64,000 nucleotides of DNA from an uncultured Chloroflexia bacterium (GCA_963707215.1 CAVPPB010000001.1:32001-96000), one strand, 5' to 3'; positions 10,129 through 19,833 are shown, numbered from the stretch's first letter. The notes: generated by a model not told the origin, from the sequence alone. Numbers and translations: made by a program.

Positions 10129-10578
10129 TCAGAAGGGCAGGTCGTCGAGGTCGCTGTCGTCGCCGCTCGGCGCTTCGGGCGCGGTGCGGTCGCCGCCGGG
10201 CGGCCGCTCGCCCGGAGCCGGCTGGAAGCCCGGGTCGCCATCGTCACGAGGACGCGGGTCCAGGGGGGTCACCGTGTTGGCAACGAGCTCCGTTGTGTAC
10301 CGCTTGTTGCCGCTCTGGTCTTCCCATTGGCGGGTCTGGAGCCGACCCTCCACGTAGACCTTGCGGCCCTTTCGGAGGTATTCAGCGGTGCGCTCCGCGA
10401 GCGGTCCCCAGGCCACGACGCGGAACCACTCGGTCTCCTCCTGCCACTCGCCGCTCGCGTCGCGGTAGTTGCGGTTGACCGCCACGGTGAACTGGGTGAC
10501 CGCCTGCCCGTTGGGCGTGTAGCGCATCTCCGGGTCGCGACCCAGGTTGCCGATGATCATCGCCTTGTTGAGCGACAT
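10129..10578 (-). CDS. ssb: Single-stranded DNA-binding protein
   Basis: [32 protein letters not shown] and acidic DDLPF tail. Confidence 0.98.
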   Translation of the reverse strand: MSLNKAMIIGNLGRDPEMRYTPNGQAVTQFTVAVNRNYRDASGEWQEETEWFRVVAWGPLAERTAEYLRKGRKVYVEGRLQTRQWEDQSGNKRYTTELVANTVTPLDPRPRDDGDPGFQPAPGERPPGGDRTAPEAPSGDDSDLDDLPF

Positions 10579-10604
10579 GTCGGACGCCTCCCTTGCGATC
10601 CCGG

Positions 10605-11051
10605 TCAGTCGACCGCGTTCGGAGCGGCTTCGCTCTCCGACTCGTCGATCCGCTCGCCGTCGTCCCCGGACTCCTCGTCATCGGACGGGCCAGGGCCCTC
10701 CGCGTCCTCGTCCTCGGATCCGCCGTCGCCCTCGGCGGCGCCCTCGCGGCGAGGCGGCCGAGCCGGGCGCTCGATGCGCACGACCAGGTAGCGGAGGACC
10801 TCCTCGGTGATGTTGAGGCCACGCTCCAACTCGTCGATGGCGTCGGCGGGCGCCTCGAACACGAGGATGTGGTACGAGCCTTCGCGGTACCGCTCGATCG
10901 GGTACGCGAGGCGACGGCGGCCCCAAGGAGCCACCTTGACGACCTGGCCGCCCGAGGCGACCACGTGACGGGTCGCCCGTTCGATCACGGCCTGGGTGCG
11001 GTCGTCCGGCGCGTCCGGCCGGAGGACCAGCATCAACTCATAGCGGCGCAT
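10605..11051 (-). CDS. rpsF: 30S ribosomal protein S6
   Basis: [23 protein letters not shown] and [10 protein letters not shown] motifs with an acidic tail, in rpsF-ssb-rpsR order. Confidence 0.97.
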   Translation of the reverse strand: MRRYELMLVLRPDAPDDRTQAVIERATRHVVASGGQVVKVAPWGRRRLAYPIERYREGSYHILVFEAPADAIDELERGLNITEEVLRYLVVRIERPARPPRREGAAEGDGGSEDEDAEGPGPSDDEESGDDGERIDESESEAAPNAVD

Positions 11052-11060
11052 TCGCGCATG

Positions 11061-11132
11061 CTCCTTCCTGTGGGGTCCGCCCCGCTCGCGGCATACCACG
11101 ACGGAGCCGAAAGGACGGCCGGGAGTGTACCA
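11061..11132 (-). promoter_or_regulatory. rpsF promoter (extended -10 TGgTACACT) and probable S6:S18 autoregulatory leader
   Basis: The minus-strand leader GTCCTT...GGACCCCACAGGAAGGAG lets UCCUU pair with the SD (AAGGA), with a C-rich stretch just before the SD. This matches the described S6:S18 leader architecture. Confidence 0.55.
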
Positions 11133-11264
11133 CGCGATCGTCGGGACCCGGTCGGAAGCGCGCGTGTGGCCTCCCTCCCGGCGGCCGATCGGCAGCCTCG
11201 GCGGGACCGGGACGGAGCCGATGTATCCTGTGCACCCTGCCAACGCCATCGGGGGCTTCCGTTC

Positions 11265-12488
11265 GTGCCACCAAGCGCCATCCTCATCGTCTCGGCCGAT
11301 CCCGAGGCCGTCACCACCATCGGCGGGCCACTCTCGTCCCAGGGCCACACGATCGCCCGATCGGGTCCGGACGAGGCCTTCGCCAAGGCCGCGGACCATC
11401 AGCTCGTCATCATCGACGCCGCTGGAGGGACATCCGGGGCAGCCGACTTCTGTCGCGAGGTCCGCTCGGCCCCGGCCCTCGGTCGGATCCCCGTGCTGTG
11501 CGTCGCCTCGGGCGATGACGTCGAGGAGAGGATCGCGCTCCTGGAGGCGGGCGCGGACGACGTGCTCCAGCGGCCCTTCGACGCCCGCGAGGTGGAGGCC
11601 CGCGTCGAGGCCCTGCTCCTGCGATTCCAGCGATCGACTGCCCTCAGCCCGACGACGCTCCCCCAGGACGGCGCCGTTGGCGGTCGCCGGCAGCTCATCG
11701 TCGTGTTCAGCCCCAAGGGCGGCGTCGGGACCACGACGATCGCCACGAACATCGCCTCCGCCCGGGCGGCCGAGCACCCCGACGACGTCGTCGTGGTCGA
11801 CCTCGATCTCCGCTTCGGCCAGGTCGCGACCCATCTCGACGTGCGGCCCCGGCAGACGATCACCGACCTCGTCCGCGACGAGCCAGCCATGAACGAAGCT
11901 GAGCTCCTGCGGACCTACACCACGCGCCACGACAGCGGCCTCCACGTGTTGGCCGCGCCCGCCGGGCCCGGGGAGATCGATCTCATCGAGCCCGAGCACG
12001 TCGGGCGGATCCTCCAGACCATCCGCGGGACCTTCGGATCGATCGTCGTCGACGCTGGCGCGACCCTCGATGACCGAACGCGGGCGGCGCTCCAGGCTGC
12101 CGACGAGGTCGTCCTGCCGATCGTGCCCGAGATGGCGGCCCTCCGAGCGATGCACGCGCTGCTGGACCACCTCGGCGAGACCGGAGCGCTGCCCGGCGCG
12201 ACGACCTTCGTCCTCAACGAGCTGTTCGCCCGACAGCTCCTGCGGGCCCGCGACGTGGAGGGTGCGCTGGGTGCCAAGATCGAGCTCCAGCTCCCCTACG
12301 ACCAGGTCCTCTACCTGAAGGCGGTCAACGAGGGCGTCCCGGTCGTCGTCGGCGCGCCGAGGTCGGCGCCGGCAGAGGCCCTCCGGGCACTCTCGGCCAG
12401 GGTCCTCGGCAACGGCACGAGCGCGGTCGCCGCGACCCCGGAAGCACCGCGCGGCAGCCTGCTCGGGCGACTGAGGACCCGAGGCTAG
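11265..12488 (+). CDS. cpaE: CpaE/TadZ-like pilus assembly ATPase with N-terminal receiver (REC) domain
   Basis: REC-like N-terminus (LVIID...LEAGADDVLQRPFD), then deviant Walker A SPKGGVGTTT, VDLDLRFG, SGLHVLAAP and AVNEGVPVV. GTG start at 11265. Confidence 0.82.
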   Translation: MPPSAILIVSADPEAVTTIGGPLSSQGHTIARSGPDEAFAKAADHQLVIIDAAGGTSGAADFCREVRSAPALGRIPVLCVASGDDVEERIALLEAGADDVLQRPFDAREVEARVEALLLRFQRSTALSPTTLPQDGAVGGRRQLIVVFSPKGGVGTTTIATNIASARAAEHPDDVVVVDLDLRFGQVATHLDVRPRQTITDLVRDEPAMNEAELLRTYTTRHDSGLHVLAAPAGPGEIDLIEPEHVGRILQTIRGTFGSIVVDAGATLDDRTRAALQAADEVVLPIVPEMAALRAMHALLDHLGETGALPGATTFVLNELFARQLLRARDVEGALGAKIELQLPYDQVLYLKAVNEGVPVVVGAPRSAPAEALRALSARVLGNGTSAVAATPEAPRGSLLGRLRTRG

Positions 12489-12511
12489 CGACACCGCGTC
12501 CGGGACCGCCC

Positions 12512-13288
12512 TCAACCCGTCAGAGCACGGACCAGCCCGAGCAGCCCCGCGAACGCCACGATCACGCCGAGGACCAGGCGGAACCTCACCGGCGTGACCC
12601 GGTCGTGGACCCGATAGCCGACGGCCAGGCCGAGGGCGATCGCCGGCAGGCTGGCGAGCGCCCAGCCCAGGCGCTCGGGCGTGTAGGCCCCCTCCAGAGC
12701 GAGCACGCCGAGCCGGATCGACCCGGTCACCGCGAAGATCGAGGTGATGAGGGCTCGGAAGCGCGTCGGGTCACCTTCGGCCCGGGCGAAGAACAGGACG
12801 CCGACCGGGCCGCCCATGCCGTAGAGGCCGCCCAGGATGCCGCTGGTCGCTCCCGCCAGGGGTGCCCACGGCCGAAGGCGGTCCTCGGGGATGACCGGGG
12901 CCGCCCGGCGGGCCGCCAGGTAGATGCCGGCGGCGATGACGGCGAGGCCGAGCCCCAGGCCGAGAGCCGCCAGGTCGACCCGCGGCAACAGCAGGGTGAA
13001 CGTGACGTTGACCGGCACGGCCCCCACGATGAACCGCCGCGCCAGGGGATCGAGGCGGAGCTGGTCCCGGATCGCCCAGCCCAGGATGACGGTCGCCGCC
13101 ACGTCCACCAGGGCGATCCAGTAGAGCCCGTCGAGGAGGCTGATCGAGCCCATCGCCCCGGCCCCCAGGAGGACCAGGAAGCAGGCGTTGGCCACGATCG
13201 CGCTGGCGGCGCCGGTCACGCCCCGGACGAAGAAGGCCAGAGCCCCGACGACCGAGAACAGGACCAGTGGGACGACCTCGGGAGGCAC
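12512..13288 (-). CDS. TauE/SafE family membrane protein (second, divergent copy)
   Basis: About 8 TM helices, with AFFVRGVTGAASA and SGILGGLYGMGGP motifs. Confidence 0.75.
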   Translation of the reverse strand: MPPEVVPLVLFSVVGALAFFVRGVTGAASAIVANACFLVLLGAGAMGSISLLDGLYWIALVDVAATVILGWAIRDQLRLDPLARRFIVGAVPVNVTFTLLLPRVDLAALGLGLGLAVIAAGIYLAARRAAPVIPEDRLRPWAPLAGATSGILGGLYGMGGPVGVLFFARAEGDPTRFRALITSIFAVTGSIRLGVLALEGAYTPERLGWALASLPAIALGLAVGYRVHDRVTPVRFRLVLGVIVAFAGLLGLVRALTG

Positions 13289-13353
13289 GACCCGAGCCTA
13301 GCGACCTCACGGGCCCGGCACCGGACCATCCGACGTGCCGGCCGGACGTCGGA

Positions 13354-13959
13354 TCAGGACCCGATGACGTCCTCGGCCCACGTCTCGATCGCGTCGAGGG
13401 AGCCCTGCCACTCCTCGAACGTGATCCGGACCTCGCGGAGGGCGTCGACCGCGACGAGCGCCCGAGCGGACGGCCGGAGTGGACCTTCCGCGGCCTCACC
13501 GAGCCGCTTGACCCCGGTCGCGGCGATCCGTCGGACCTCGCCCACCCGAACGTGGAGATCGTCGAGCCCATCCGGGTCGAGAGGCGACGACGTCGTGGGA
13601 CGGCGATGCATCACGGACCGGACGGCGGCGATGGCGCTGTGGAGCGCCTGGAGGCCCTGGAGCCACTCGCCGTAGCGGTCCAGCCCAGGGGCCCGCGCAC
13701 CACGGTCTTCCATCGCGATGGCAGCTGCCAGGCGCCGCTCGCTCGCCCGGGCCCACAGGAGAGCCTGACGCGCATCGTTCGCGACCCTGGCATCGTCCAC
13801 GGGCGGGCCTCCCGGTGCGGTGGTCACGAGTCGTGCCGACGTTGGGACCAGGGTCCGGGCCCGTGCGAACAGCCGAGCCCGAGCGATGCCCCTCAGGTCC
13901 TCGGGGACCGGACCCCAGCCGCTCGGTTCCCGTTCGCGGCAGCTCGTCCTCGTGGTCAT
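13354..13959 (-). CDS. Hypothetical helical protein (start uncertain; alternative GTG at 13800)
   Basis: The C-terminal ~150 aa of the ORF has protein-like, amphipathic helical composition. A TAGCAT -10-like element lies at 13983-13988. No family recognised. Confidence 0.4.
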   Translation of the reverse strand: MTTRTSCREREPSGWGPVPEDLRGIARARLFARARTLVPTSARLVTTAPGGPPVDDARVANDARQALLWARASERRLAAAIAMEDRGARAPGLDRYGEWLQGLQALHSAIAAVRSVMHRRPTTSSPLDPDGLDDLHVRVGEVRRIAATGVKRLGEAAEGPLRPSARALVAVDALREVRITFEEWQGSLDAIETWAEDVIGS

Positions 13960-14167
13960 CGGCCGGACGTCACCAGCGGTCCATGCTACCGCCATCGGAG
14001 TGCTCTGGGTGCTCCCGCGGAGGCGCTTCGTGCTCCGGGGGTCGCCGGCCCGACGGCTGCCGACCACGTGCCCCTGACCCCGGTGCGTCGACGCAACCGG
14101 GTTGACGCGAGGGGGACGCTCATGGTCCGATGCTCCAGCGTCCTCGCTGAGCCTACGAGTGGTCCCC

Positions 14168-15210
14168 ATGCGTCCCCGACTCGCGTTGCTCCTTCTTCCC
14201 GTCCTGCTCGTCGGCCTGCTGCCCGGCGCCGTGGTCGCCGGCCCGGCCGACCAGGCTCGCACGCGCCACGAGGCCATCGTTGCGTTCTGGACGCCGGAGC
14301 GGATCCGTGCCGCCGTCCCCCGTGACATCGTCGTCGACCCCAGCCGGGATTCGAGCCGCTCGCCCCGGGCGGCACCCCGGGCAGGCCCGGCGCCCCCACG
14401 CCGGAGGGAGCCCACGCCGGAGCCCACGCCGCGCCCACGCCGTCCGGCGCCGTCACCGGCGCTTCATGGGACCAGGGAGGAGCGATCCTCACGGGTACCG
14501 GCCGTGTCTTCTTCGTGATGGGCGCCTTCCTCTACAGCTGCTCCGGGGCGGTCGCGGACGACACTCGAGCCGGGTTCTCGCTCGTGCTTGCCGCCGGGCA
14601 CTGCGTGATCGACAAGGGCAGGTTCGCCACGCGGTGGCTCTTCATCCCCGAGTACGACACCGATCCGATCGATTACGGCGACTGCGCCAGCAGCCCGCAC
14701 GGTTGCTGGACCGCGCAGGCTCTGTTCGTCCACGAGAACTTCGCCGCACAGAAGCGCTTCAACGACACGGCCGTCGTGCACGACTTCGCGTTCGCCTTGC
14801 TGGGCCCGGGTGGACACTCAGGCAGTGCGTCACTCGAGACGACCGTGGGGTCGTTCCCGGTCGCCTTCAGCGGCGTGACCAGCGGCGACACCCTCTCGGC
14901 ATTCGGGTACCCGGCGGCGCGCCCCTACGATGGACAGCAGCTGACCTACTGCGAGGGTCCGATCGGCGAGGATCCGGGCACCGACGGGGCCACCTGGTCG
15001 ATGGCCTGCGATATGACCGGCGGCTCGTCCGGCGGTCCGTGGGTCTCCGGAGATCCGCTGTCAGGCAGCGCCATCCTTCGATCCCTCAACTCCTACGGGT
15101 ACTCGGGCATCGACAACATGTACGGCCCGAAGTTCGGGAGCCGGGCACGGGCGGTCTACGACGCAGCCAACGGCACGGCCACGTCGAACACCCGGATCCT
15201 GGGCGGCTGA
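14168..15210 (+). CDS. Secreted trypsin-like (S1) serine protease, frameshifted near 14430
   Basis: Signal peptide MRPRLALLLLPVLLVGLLPGAVVA, FWTPER pro-region and EPTPEPTP linker. A second frame gives the catalytic triad motifs: CSG...LAAGHC, HDFAF and DMTGGSSGGPW. Confidence 0.85.
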
Positions 15211-15443
15211 ACGGCCCTCGAGCGAGGGGCGGTGACCGCCGCCCGAGATGCCACCGGTCGCAGTATCGACCATCAGCCCCCGACGCTGCGGGCCCCTGCC
15301 GCCTCGGCCCGCTGACGACCGCGGGCGGCCGACCTCGCTCGACTTGACGCGTGAACCGAGCCGCAGGGGCCAACGGTTCCGGGTCGCCTGGCCCTTCGGC
15401 CGCGCCTGGGCTCGACCTACCGTAGCCCCGGAAGGAGGGGCTC

Positions 15444-16115
15444 TTGGTTCGAAACCTGGTCGTGATCTGCCTGCTGCTCGCTTCGGGCGTCCTCCTCGTC
15501 GCCTGCGAGCGGGATGGCCTGCGAACGGAGGTCCAGGGTTCCGGCACCGTGGTCGCCGAGACCCGTGAGGTGAGCGGCTTCGATCGCATCGCGGTGGCAG
15601 GTCAGGGAGTCGTCCACGTCGAGATCACCGGGACCGAGACGCTGGAAGTGGAAGCCGAGGACAACATCCTCGAAGTCCTCACCATCGAGGTCTCGGGTGG
15701 AGAACTCCGGCTCGGTGTCGCGCCGATGACGAACATCGTGCCGACCCGCGACATCACGTATCGCATCACCGCGGCGGACATCAGCGAGGTCGCCGTGTCA
15801 GGCAGTGCCGTGGTCGACGTCGCCGTCCTCGATGTCGACAGGCTCGAGGTCGAGATCTCGGGCTCGGGCAGCGTCACCCCGTCCGGGACCGCCGACGGAC
15901 TCGACGTCAACATCAGCGGGTCCGGGCGCTACCTGGGCGAGAGGTTCGAGACCAGGACAGCGTCGATCGGCGTGTCCGGCAGCGGGCAGGCGACCGTCCT
16001 GGTGACCGACGAGCTGCTGGCATCCGTATCCGGGTCTGGGTCCATCCAGTACCTTGGAGACCCACCGATGGTCGAGAAGCGGGTGTCGGGCTCCGGATCC
16101 ATCTCCGGGAGCTGA
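15444..16115 (+). CDS. Lipoprotein with GIN/DUF2807-like beta-helix domain
   Basis: Lipobox LLVAC, GSGTVVAETREVSGFDRI, EAEDNIL and repeated ISGSG motifs. TTG start with a GGAGG RBS. Confidence 0.85.
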   Translation: MVRNLVVICLLLASGVLLVACERDGLRTEVQGSGTVVAETREVSGFDRIAVAGQGVVHVEITGTETLEVEAEDNILEVLTIEVSGGELRLGVAPMTNIVPTRDITYRITAADISEVAVSGSAVVDVAVLDVDRLEVEISGSGSVTPSGTADGLDVNISGSGRYLGERFETRTASIGVSGSGQATVLVTDELLASVSGSGSIQYLGDPPMVEKRVSGSGSISGS

Positions 16116-16268
16116 CCGGAGGCCATCCGAGCCTGCTGCGCCGTGGCCGTCCCATCCCCCGAGGCAGCGAGGCTCTGCCGCCGCTCGGTGCTCCGACCGG
16201 GCCGAGGGCGGTCGCCTCAGGCCGCCCGTGAGCGTCCTTGCGCGCGGTGCTCCGATCTGATGCTGCTC

Positions 16269-16354
16269 TGGTGCCGAGGGTGGGAGTCGAACCCACACGC
16301 CCTTGCGGGCAGCCGAGTTTAAGTCGGCCGCGTCTGCCGTTCCGCCACCTCGGC
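16269..16354 (-). tRNA. tRNA-Leu(TAA)
   Basis: GCCGAGGTGGCGGAACGGCAGACGCGGCCGAC-TTAAAC-TCGGC, long variable arm, GGTTCGACTCC T-arm and encoded CCA. Confidence 0.95.
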
Positions 16355-16420
16355 GTCGATCGGGCGCTGCCCGACAGTGGAACGATACGATGGTGGCGTC
16401 CACTACGGGAGGCAGCCAGC

Positions 16421-17365
16421 GTGCGGTTCATCCCGCTCGAGCCAGGCCATCTCGCGGATGCTGCGGCCCTGTTCGTGGCCTCGCTCAGGGCACTCCGGCG
16501 CCGGGTCCCTGCCCTGTCGGGCGACCTGGCCAGCGTCGACACGGTGGCTGAGCGCCTCGCGGGGATGCCGGGCGTCGTGGCTGTGGATGGGGGCCGCCTC
16601 GTCGGCTACCTCGCCAGCCGGTTCCCGATCGCCGGCTTCCGCGGGACCGAGCGGGTGGGCGCCTACGTCCCCGAGTGGGCCCACGCCACGGTCACCGTGG
16701 GGTCGCCGATCATCGACCGGGCCCTGTATCGAGCGGCCTCGGGCGCCTGGGCGGCAGCGGGGTGCTCCGTCCACGCCATCACCCTGCTCGAGGGGGAGAT
16801 GGACCTCCAGACGTGGTTCTGGAATGGGTTCGGGTTGACGGTCGTGGACGCGGTCCGGGCGATCGCCCCGCTCGAAGACGCACGATCGACAGTCTGCCCG
16901 GTGCGGGCCGCCACGCCGGCCGATGCGTCGGTGCTGGCGGTCCTGGACGTCGAGCACCGACGCCACTACACGGAGCCCCCCGTCTTCATGCCCCTCCGGC
17001 CGGCCGATGATGACGAAGCCTGGAGGGCCTTCCTGGCCAACCCCGGGAACAGCGCCTGGCTGGCCGAGGACGATGCGGGGCCATTCGGGTTCATCCGCTT
17101 CGACCGGATCTTTGGCGGGTCGGACATCGTCGAGTCGAAGCACGGCGTCTTCATCTCCGGGGCATATGTGCGGCCGTCACATCGAGGGCGCGGGGCCGCG
17201 ACCGCCATCCTTGACGCGGCGCTCAGGCACTACGCCGAGTCGGGAGACGAGACGTGCGCGGTCGATTTCGAGGCCTTCAACCCGGAGGCGACGGCCTTCT
17301 GGCTCCGCCATTTCGCCCCGGTCTGCTACTCCCTGACGCGCGTCCCGGAGGCCACCGGGACCTGA
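16421..17365 (+). CDS. GNAT-family N-acetyltransferase (tandem GNAT-like fold)
   Basis: C-terminal AYVRPSHRGRGAAT acetyl-CoA motif and FEAFNPEATAFW. GTG start after a GGAGG RBS. Confidence 0.82.
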   Translation: MRFIPLEPGHLADAAALFVASLRALRRRVPALSGDLASVDTVAERLAGMPGVVAVDGGRLVGYLASRFPIAGFRGTERVGAYVPEWAHATVTVGSPIIDRALYRAASGAWAAAGCSVHAITLLEGEMDLQTWFWNGFGLTVVDAVRAIAPLEDARSTVCPVRAATPADASVLAVLDVEHRRHYTEPPVFMPLRPADDDEAWRAFLANPGNSAWLAEDDAGPFGFIRFDRIFGGSDIVESKHGVFISGAYVRPSHRGRGAATAILDAALRHYAESGDETCAVDFEAFNPEATAFWLRHFAPVCYSLTRVPEATGT

Positions 17366-17502
17366 TCGGCGCCGGTACGCATCCGTCTCGGCGACCGACC
17401 GGTCCACTGTCTCCACCGCTCTCACGGCGCTCCTCGGCGAGGGCATGGCCGGCGACGAGGCCCCGACCGAGCGGGCCGGGACCTTCCGACACTGACATCG
17501 AC

Positions 17503-17534
17503 GAGAGGGGCCCCGAAGGCCCGGAGCCCCTCTC
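17503..17534. terminator. GC-rich hairpin between convergent GNAT and PTE-like genes
   Basis: Inverted repeat GAGAGGGGC...GCCCCTCTC, with no U-tract. Confidence 0.45.
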
Positions 17535-17574
17535 GCATGACCTGCGATGCGCGTACCGCCTCGCTGGCCGTTCC

Positions 17575-19077
17575 CTATGGGCGTGAATAGGCGGCGAACG
17601 GGTTGTCCTGCATCAACTTCTGGATGAGCTCCGGGGAGACCCCTTCGGCGACCATCCAGTCCTCGAACTCGAAGATCGAGGCATAGTCCTGGCTTCCGGG
17701 CCACGACACTTCCTCGCCCGGATAGCCGGGGTCGTACCAGCCGGTGTCGGAACCGATCAGGATCTGGTCCCCATAGCCAGCGTCGACGAGGTCCATGATC
17801 CAGCCCAGGTTGAGCTCGAAGCCACCGTAGTAGTCGGTCCAGAACTGGCTTCCGATCCCGTCGAGGCTGATGTAGGCGCCCTGCTCCGCGGCAGCAAGCA
17901 CGTAGTCGAAGCCAGGATCGTTGCCACTACCCCAGGTGCCCTCGAGCGTGGCGCCGTCGGCCCGCGCGGTCACCTGGGCGTGGATCCAGACGAAGCGGTA
18001 CCTGTCGAGGTCGCACCCGAACCCTTCGAGCGCCTCCATCACAGACAACGCCACCGGCCCGGAGGTGATGTGGCTTGCGATGGTCGCATCCGTTTCCTGC
18101 GCGACGAGGCACGCTGCCTCGAGGATCTTCTCCTCGGTCAGCGTCATGCCCGTGTCGTTCTGCGATAGCTTGATGAAGCCGGCCGGGACGCCGGTGCCAC
18201 CGACGCCCGGATCGCCGCTCAACTCGCCGCGCATGAAGTCGGCGATCTCCTCGACCGAGGCCCCGTACACCCAGCCGGGGTTGTCATCCGTGACGAACGG
18301 CTCGCGGTAGATACCCGTGACCATCATCGTCGGAAGATCCGCCTGCTCGGCCACGTACTTGACGATGTCGGCGCGCCGGCCGACCCCGAACGGCGTCGGC
18401 TCGATGAAGCTGCCGGCGCCGAGCGCCTTGGCCTCGGTGAGCCAGGGGGCGAGCGCCTCGTAGACGGCCTCCGGGGTCGAGCCCAGGAAGTCCTCCGGGG
18501 TCGCGTCGCCGAGCTCGACGAAGATGTGGTGGTGGGCGAGGACGTTGCCGATCTCATCCGGCCCGAGCGGGCCAGCCGTGGTATGGAACCGTAGCTCGAC
18601 GCCGCAGTCCTCCCGCCAGTCGGGATTGATCTGGAGCTCGGCTCCGTCGAAGGTGGTCACCTGGGCGGCCATCAGGCCCGACCAGGTCTCGTAGGCGTCG
18701 GCGCCGAGGTACGGCTCGGCAAGGAAGCAGGCTTCCGCCTTCCACTGGGCGTTGACCGTCTTGTGCACCTTCGCCGATGCGAGCTCCGTGAACTGGAGAC
18801 CCGCCAGCCCGGCCGGGAACGGCTCGCAGAAGCCCTCGAAGAGGGCCCGAACGTCGTCGCGGCCCTCGACGGTGACGCCGCCTGGCAGCAGGATCTGGAT
18901 GTCGCTCGGATACTGGGCCATGAGTCGATCGACGTCGCAGTCATTGAGCGCGTCGATATGCTCGGCAACGACCGCCTCAGGGGTGGGCTGGCGGACCAGG
19001 TCCGTCTTGGCGATCGCTCCGGTCGTGGTCGCTACCGCGAGGACCACCGTCATCCCTAGTACGAGTATGCGCCGCAT
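17575..19077 (-). CDS. Secreted fusion of a SnoaL/NTF2-like domain and a phosphotriesterase-like amidohydrolase
   Basis: Signal peptide MRRILVLGMTVVLAVATTTGAIA. NTF2-like region PEAVVAEHIDALNDCDVDRLMAQY...VEGRDDVRALFE. PTE-like region with TTAGPL, LAHHH, EPTPFGVGRR, TGIY, GFIKL, IASH, WIHA and ILIGSD. Confidence 0.8.
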   Translation of the reverse strand: MRRILVLGMTVVLAVATTTGAIAKTDLVRQPTPEAVVAEHIDALNDCDVDRLMAQYPSDIQILLPGGVTVEGRDDVRALFEGFCEPFPAGLAGLQFTELASAKVHKTVNAQWKAEACFLAEPYLGADAYETWSGLMAAQVTTFDGAELQINPDWREDCGVELRFHTTAGPLGPDEIGNVLAHHHIFVELGDATPEDFLGSTPEAVYEALAPWLTEAKALGAGSFIEPTPFGVGRRADIVKYVAEQADLPTMMVTGIYREPFVTDDNPGWVYGASVEEIADFMRGELSGDPGVGGTGVPAGFIKLSQNDTGMTLTEEKILEAACLVAQETDATIASHITSGPVALSVMEALEGFGCDLDRYRFVWIHAQVTARADGATLEGTWGSGNDPGFDYVLAAAEQGAYISLDGIGSQFWTDYYGGFELNLGWIMDLVDAGYGDQILIGSDTGWYDPGYPGEEVSWPGSQDYASIFEFEDWMVAEGVSPELIQKLMQDNPFAAYSRP

Positions 19078-19418
19078 GCGCGCCTCCCTTCTCGCCCGAT
19101 CCCGCGCACAGCAGGGATGGACGACGCGAGGCCGCTCTCCACTCGGATCTGGGCACGCACCCGGCATGGGCCTGGCGTCATCGCCCCGGCGCGATAGCGG
19201 TCAGGGTGGCAGTCGCGGGAGGCGAGAGTCTAGGGACCAAGGGCCTGAACCAGCCCGCAACGTCAGGCGCGCCGCGATCCTCCCACCGGGCACTGGTGGA
19301 AGGACGGGGTCGGCCCACCGCTCGCCACGCATGTCGTCCAGGGGCACCGCTGGCGCGATCAGTGAGGGTGGTCCCGACCGGTCGCCACGGCTGTCTCCAG
19401 CGGGAAAGCGGACATGGA

Positions 19419-19446
19419 CGAAGCCGGCCCTGAAGGGCCGGCTTCG
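19419..19446 (-). terminator. Hairpin downstream of the tRNA Phe-Gly-Gln-Cys operon
   Basis: Perfect 12-bp stem CGAAGCCGGCCC-TGAA-GGGCCGGCTTCG, about 11 nt after the tRNA-Cys CCA. Confidence 0.7.
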
Positions 19447-19457
19447 AGCTTGGATCC

Positions 19458-19534
19458 TGGAGGCGACGGCCGGATTCGAACCGGCGAATAGAGGTTTTGC
19501 AGACCTCCGTGTTAAGCCACTTCACCACGTCGCC
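19458..19534 (-). tRNA. tRNA-Cys(GCA)
   Basis: GGCGACG acceptor stem, GAGGTC-TGCAAA-ACCTC anticodon arm, GGTTCGAATCC and CCA. Confidence 0.96.
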
Positions 19535-19540
19535 GAGAGT

Positions 19541-19614
19541 TGGCTGCCCCTCGAGGATTCGAACCTCGGTTCACGGATCCAAAGTCCGCTGTCCTACCAC
19601 TAGACGAAGGGGCA
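19541..19614 (-). tRNA. tRNA-Gln(TTG)
   Basis: TGCCCCTTCGTCTAGTGGTAGGAC, GCGGA-CTTTGGA-TCCGT anticodon arm, GGTTCGAATCC and CCA. Confidence 0.96.
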
Positions 19615-19650
19615 GCGGTGGAGGCTACCGACGTTGCTCGAGGGAGGAGA

Positions 19651-19726
19651 TGGAGCGGAAGACGGGACTCGAACCCGCGACCCTCACCTTGGCAAGGTGA
19701 TGCTCTACCAACTGAGCCACTTCCGC
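19651..19726 (-). tRNA. tRNA-Gly(GCC)
   Basis: GCGGAAGTGGCTCAGTTGGTAGAGC, TCACC-TTGCCAA-GGTGA anticodon arm, GGTTCGAGTCC and TCCA end. Confidence 0.97.
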
Positions 19727-19757
19727 CCTGTGTTCGACGCCGCCACCTCCTGGTGGT

Positions 19758-19833
19758 TGGTGCCGAGAGCCAGATTCGAACTGGCGACACCGCGATTTTC
19801 AGTCGCGTGCTCTACCAACTGAGCTATCTCGGC
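19758..19833 (-). tRNA. tRNA-Phe(GAA)
   Basis: GCCGAGATAGCTCAGTTGGTAGAGC, CGCGA-CTGAAAA-TCGCG anticodon arm, AGTTCGAATCT and ACCA end. Upstream TGcTATCCT promoter-like element. Confidence 0.97.

Noticed and set aside
15343-15380. TTGACG plus GAACCG/CGGTTC inverted repeat upstream of the GIN lipoprotein
   Set aside because: The repeat is short, with no properly spaced -10 element and no adjacent regulator. It is too weak to call an operator.
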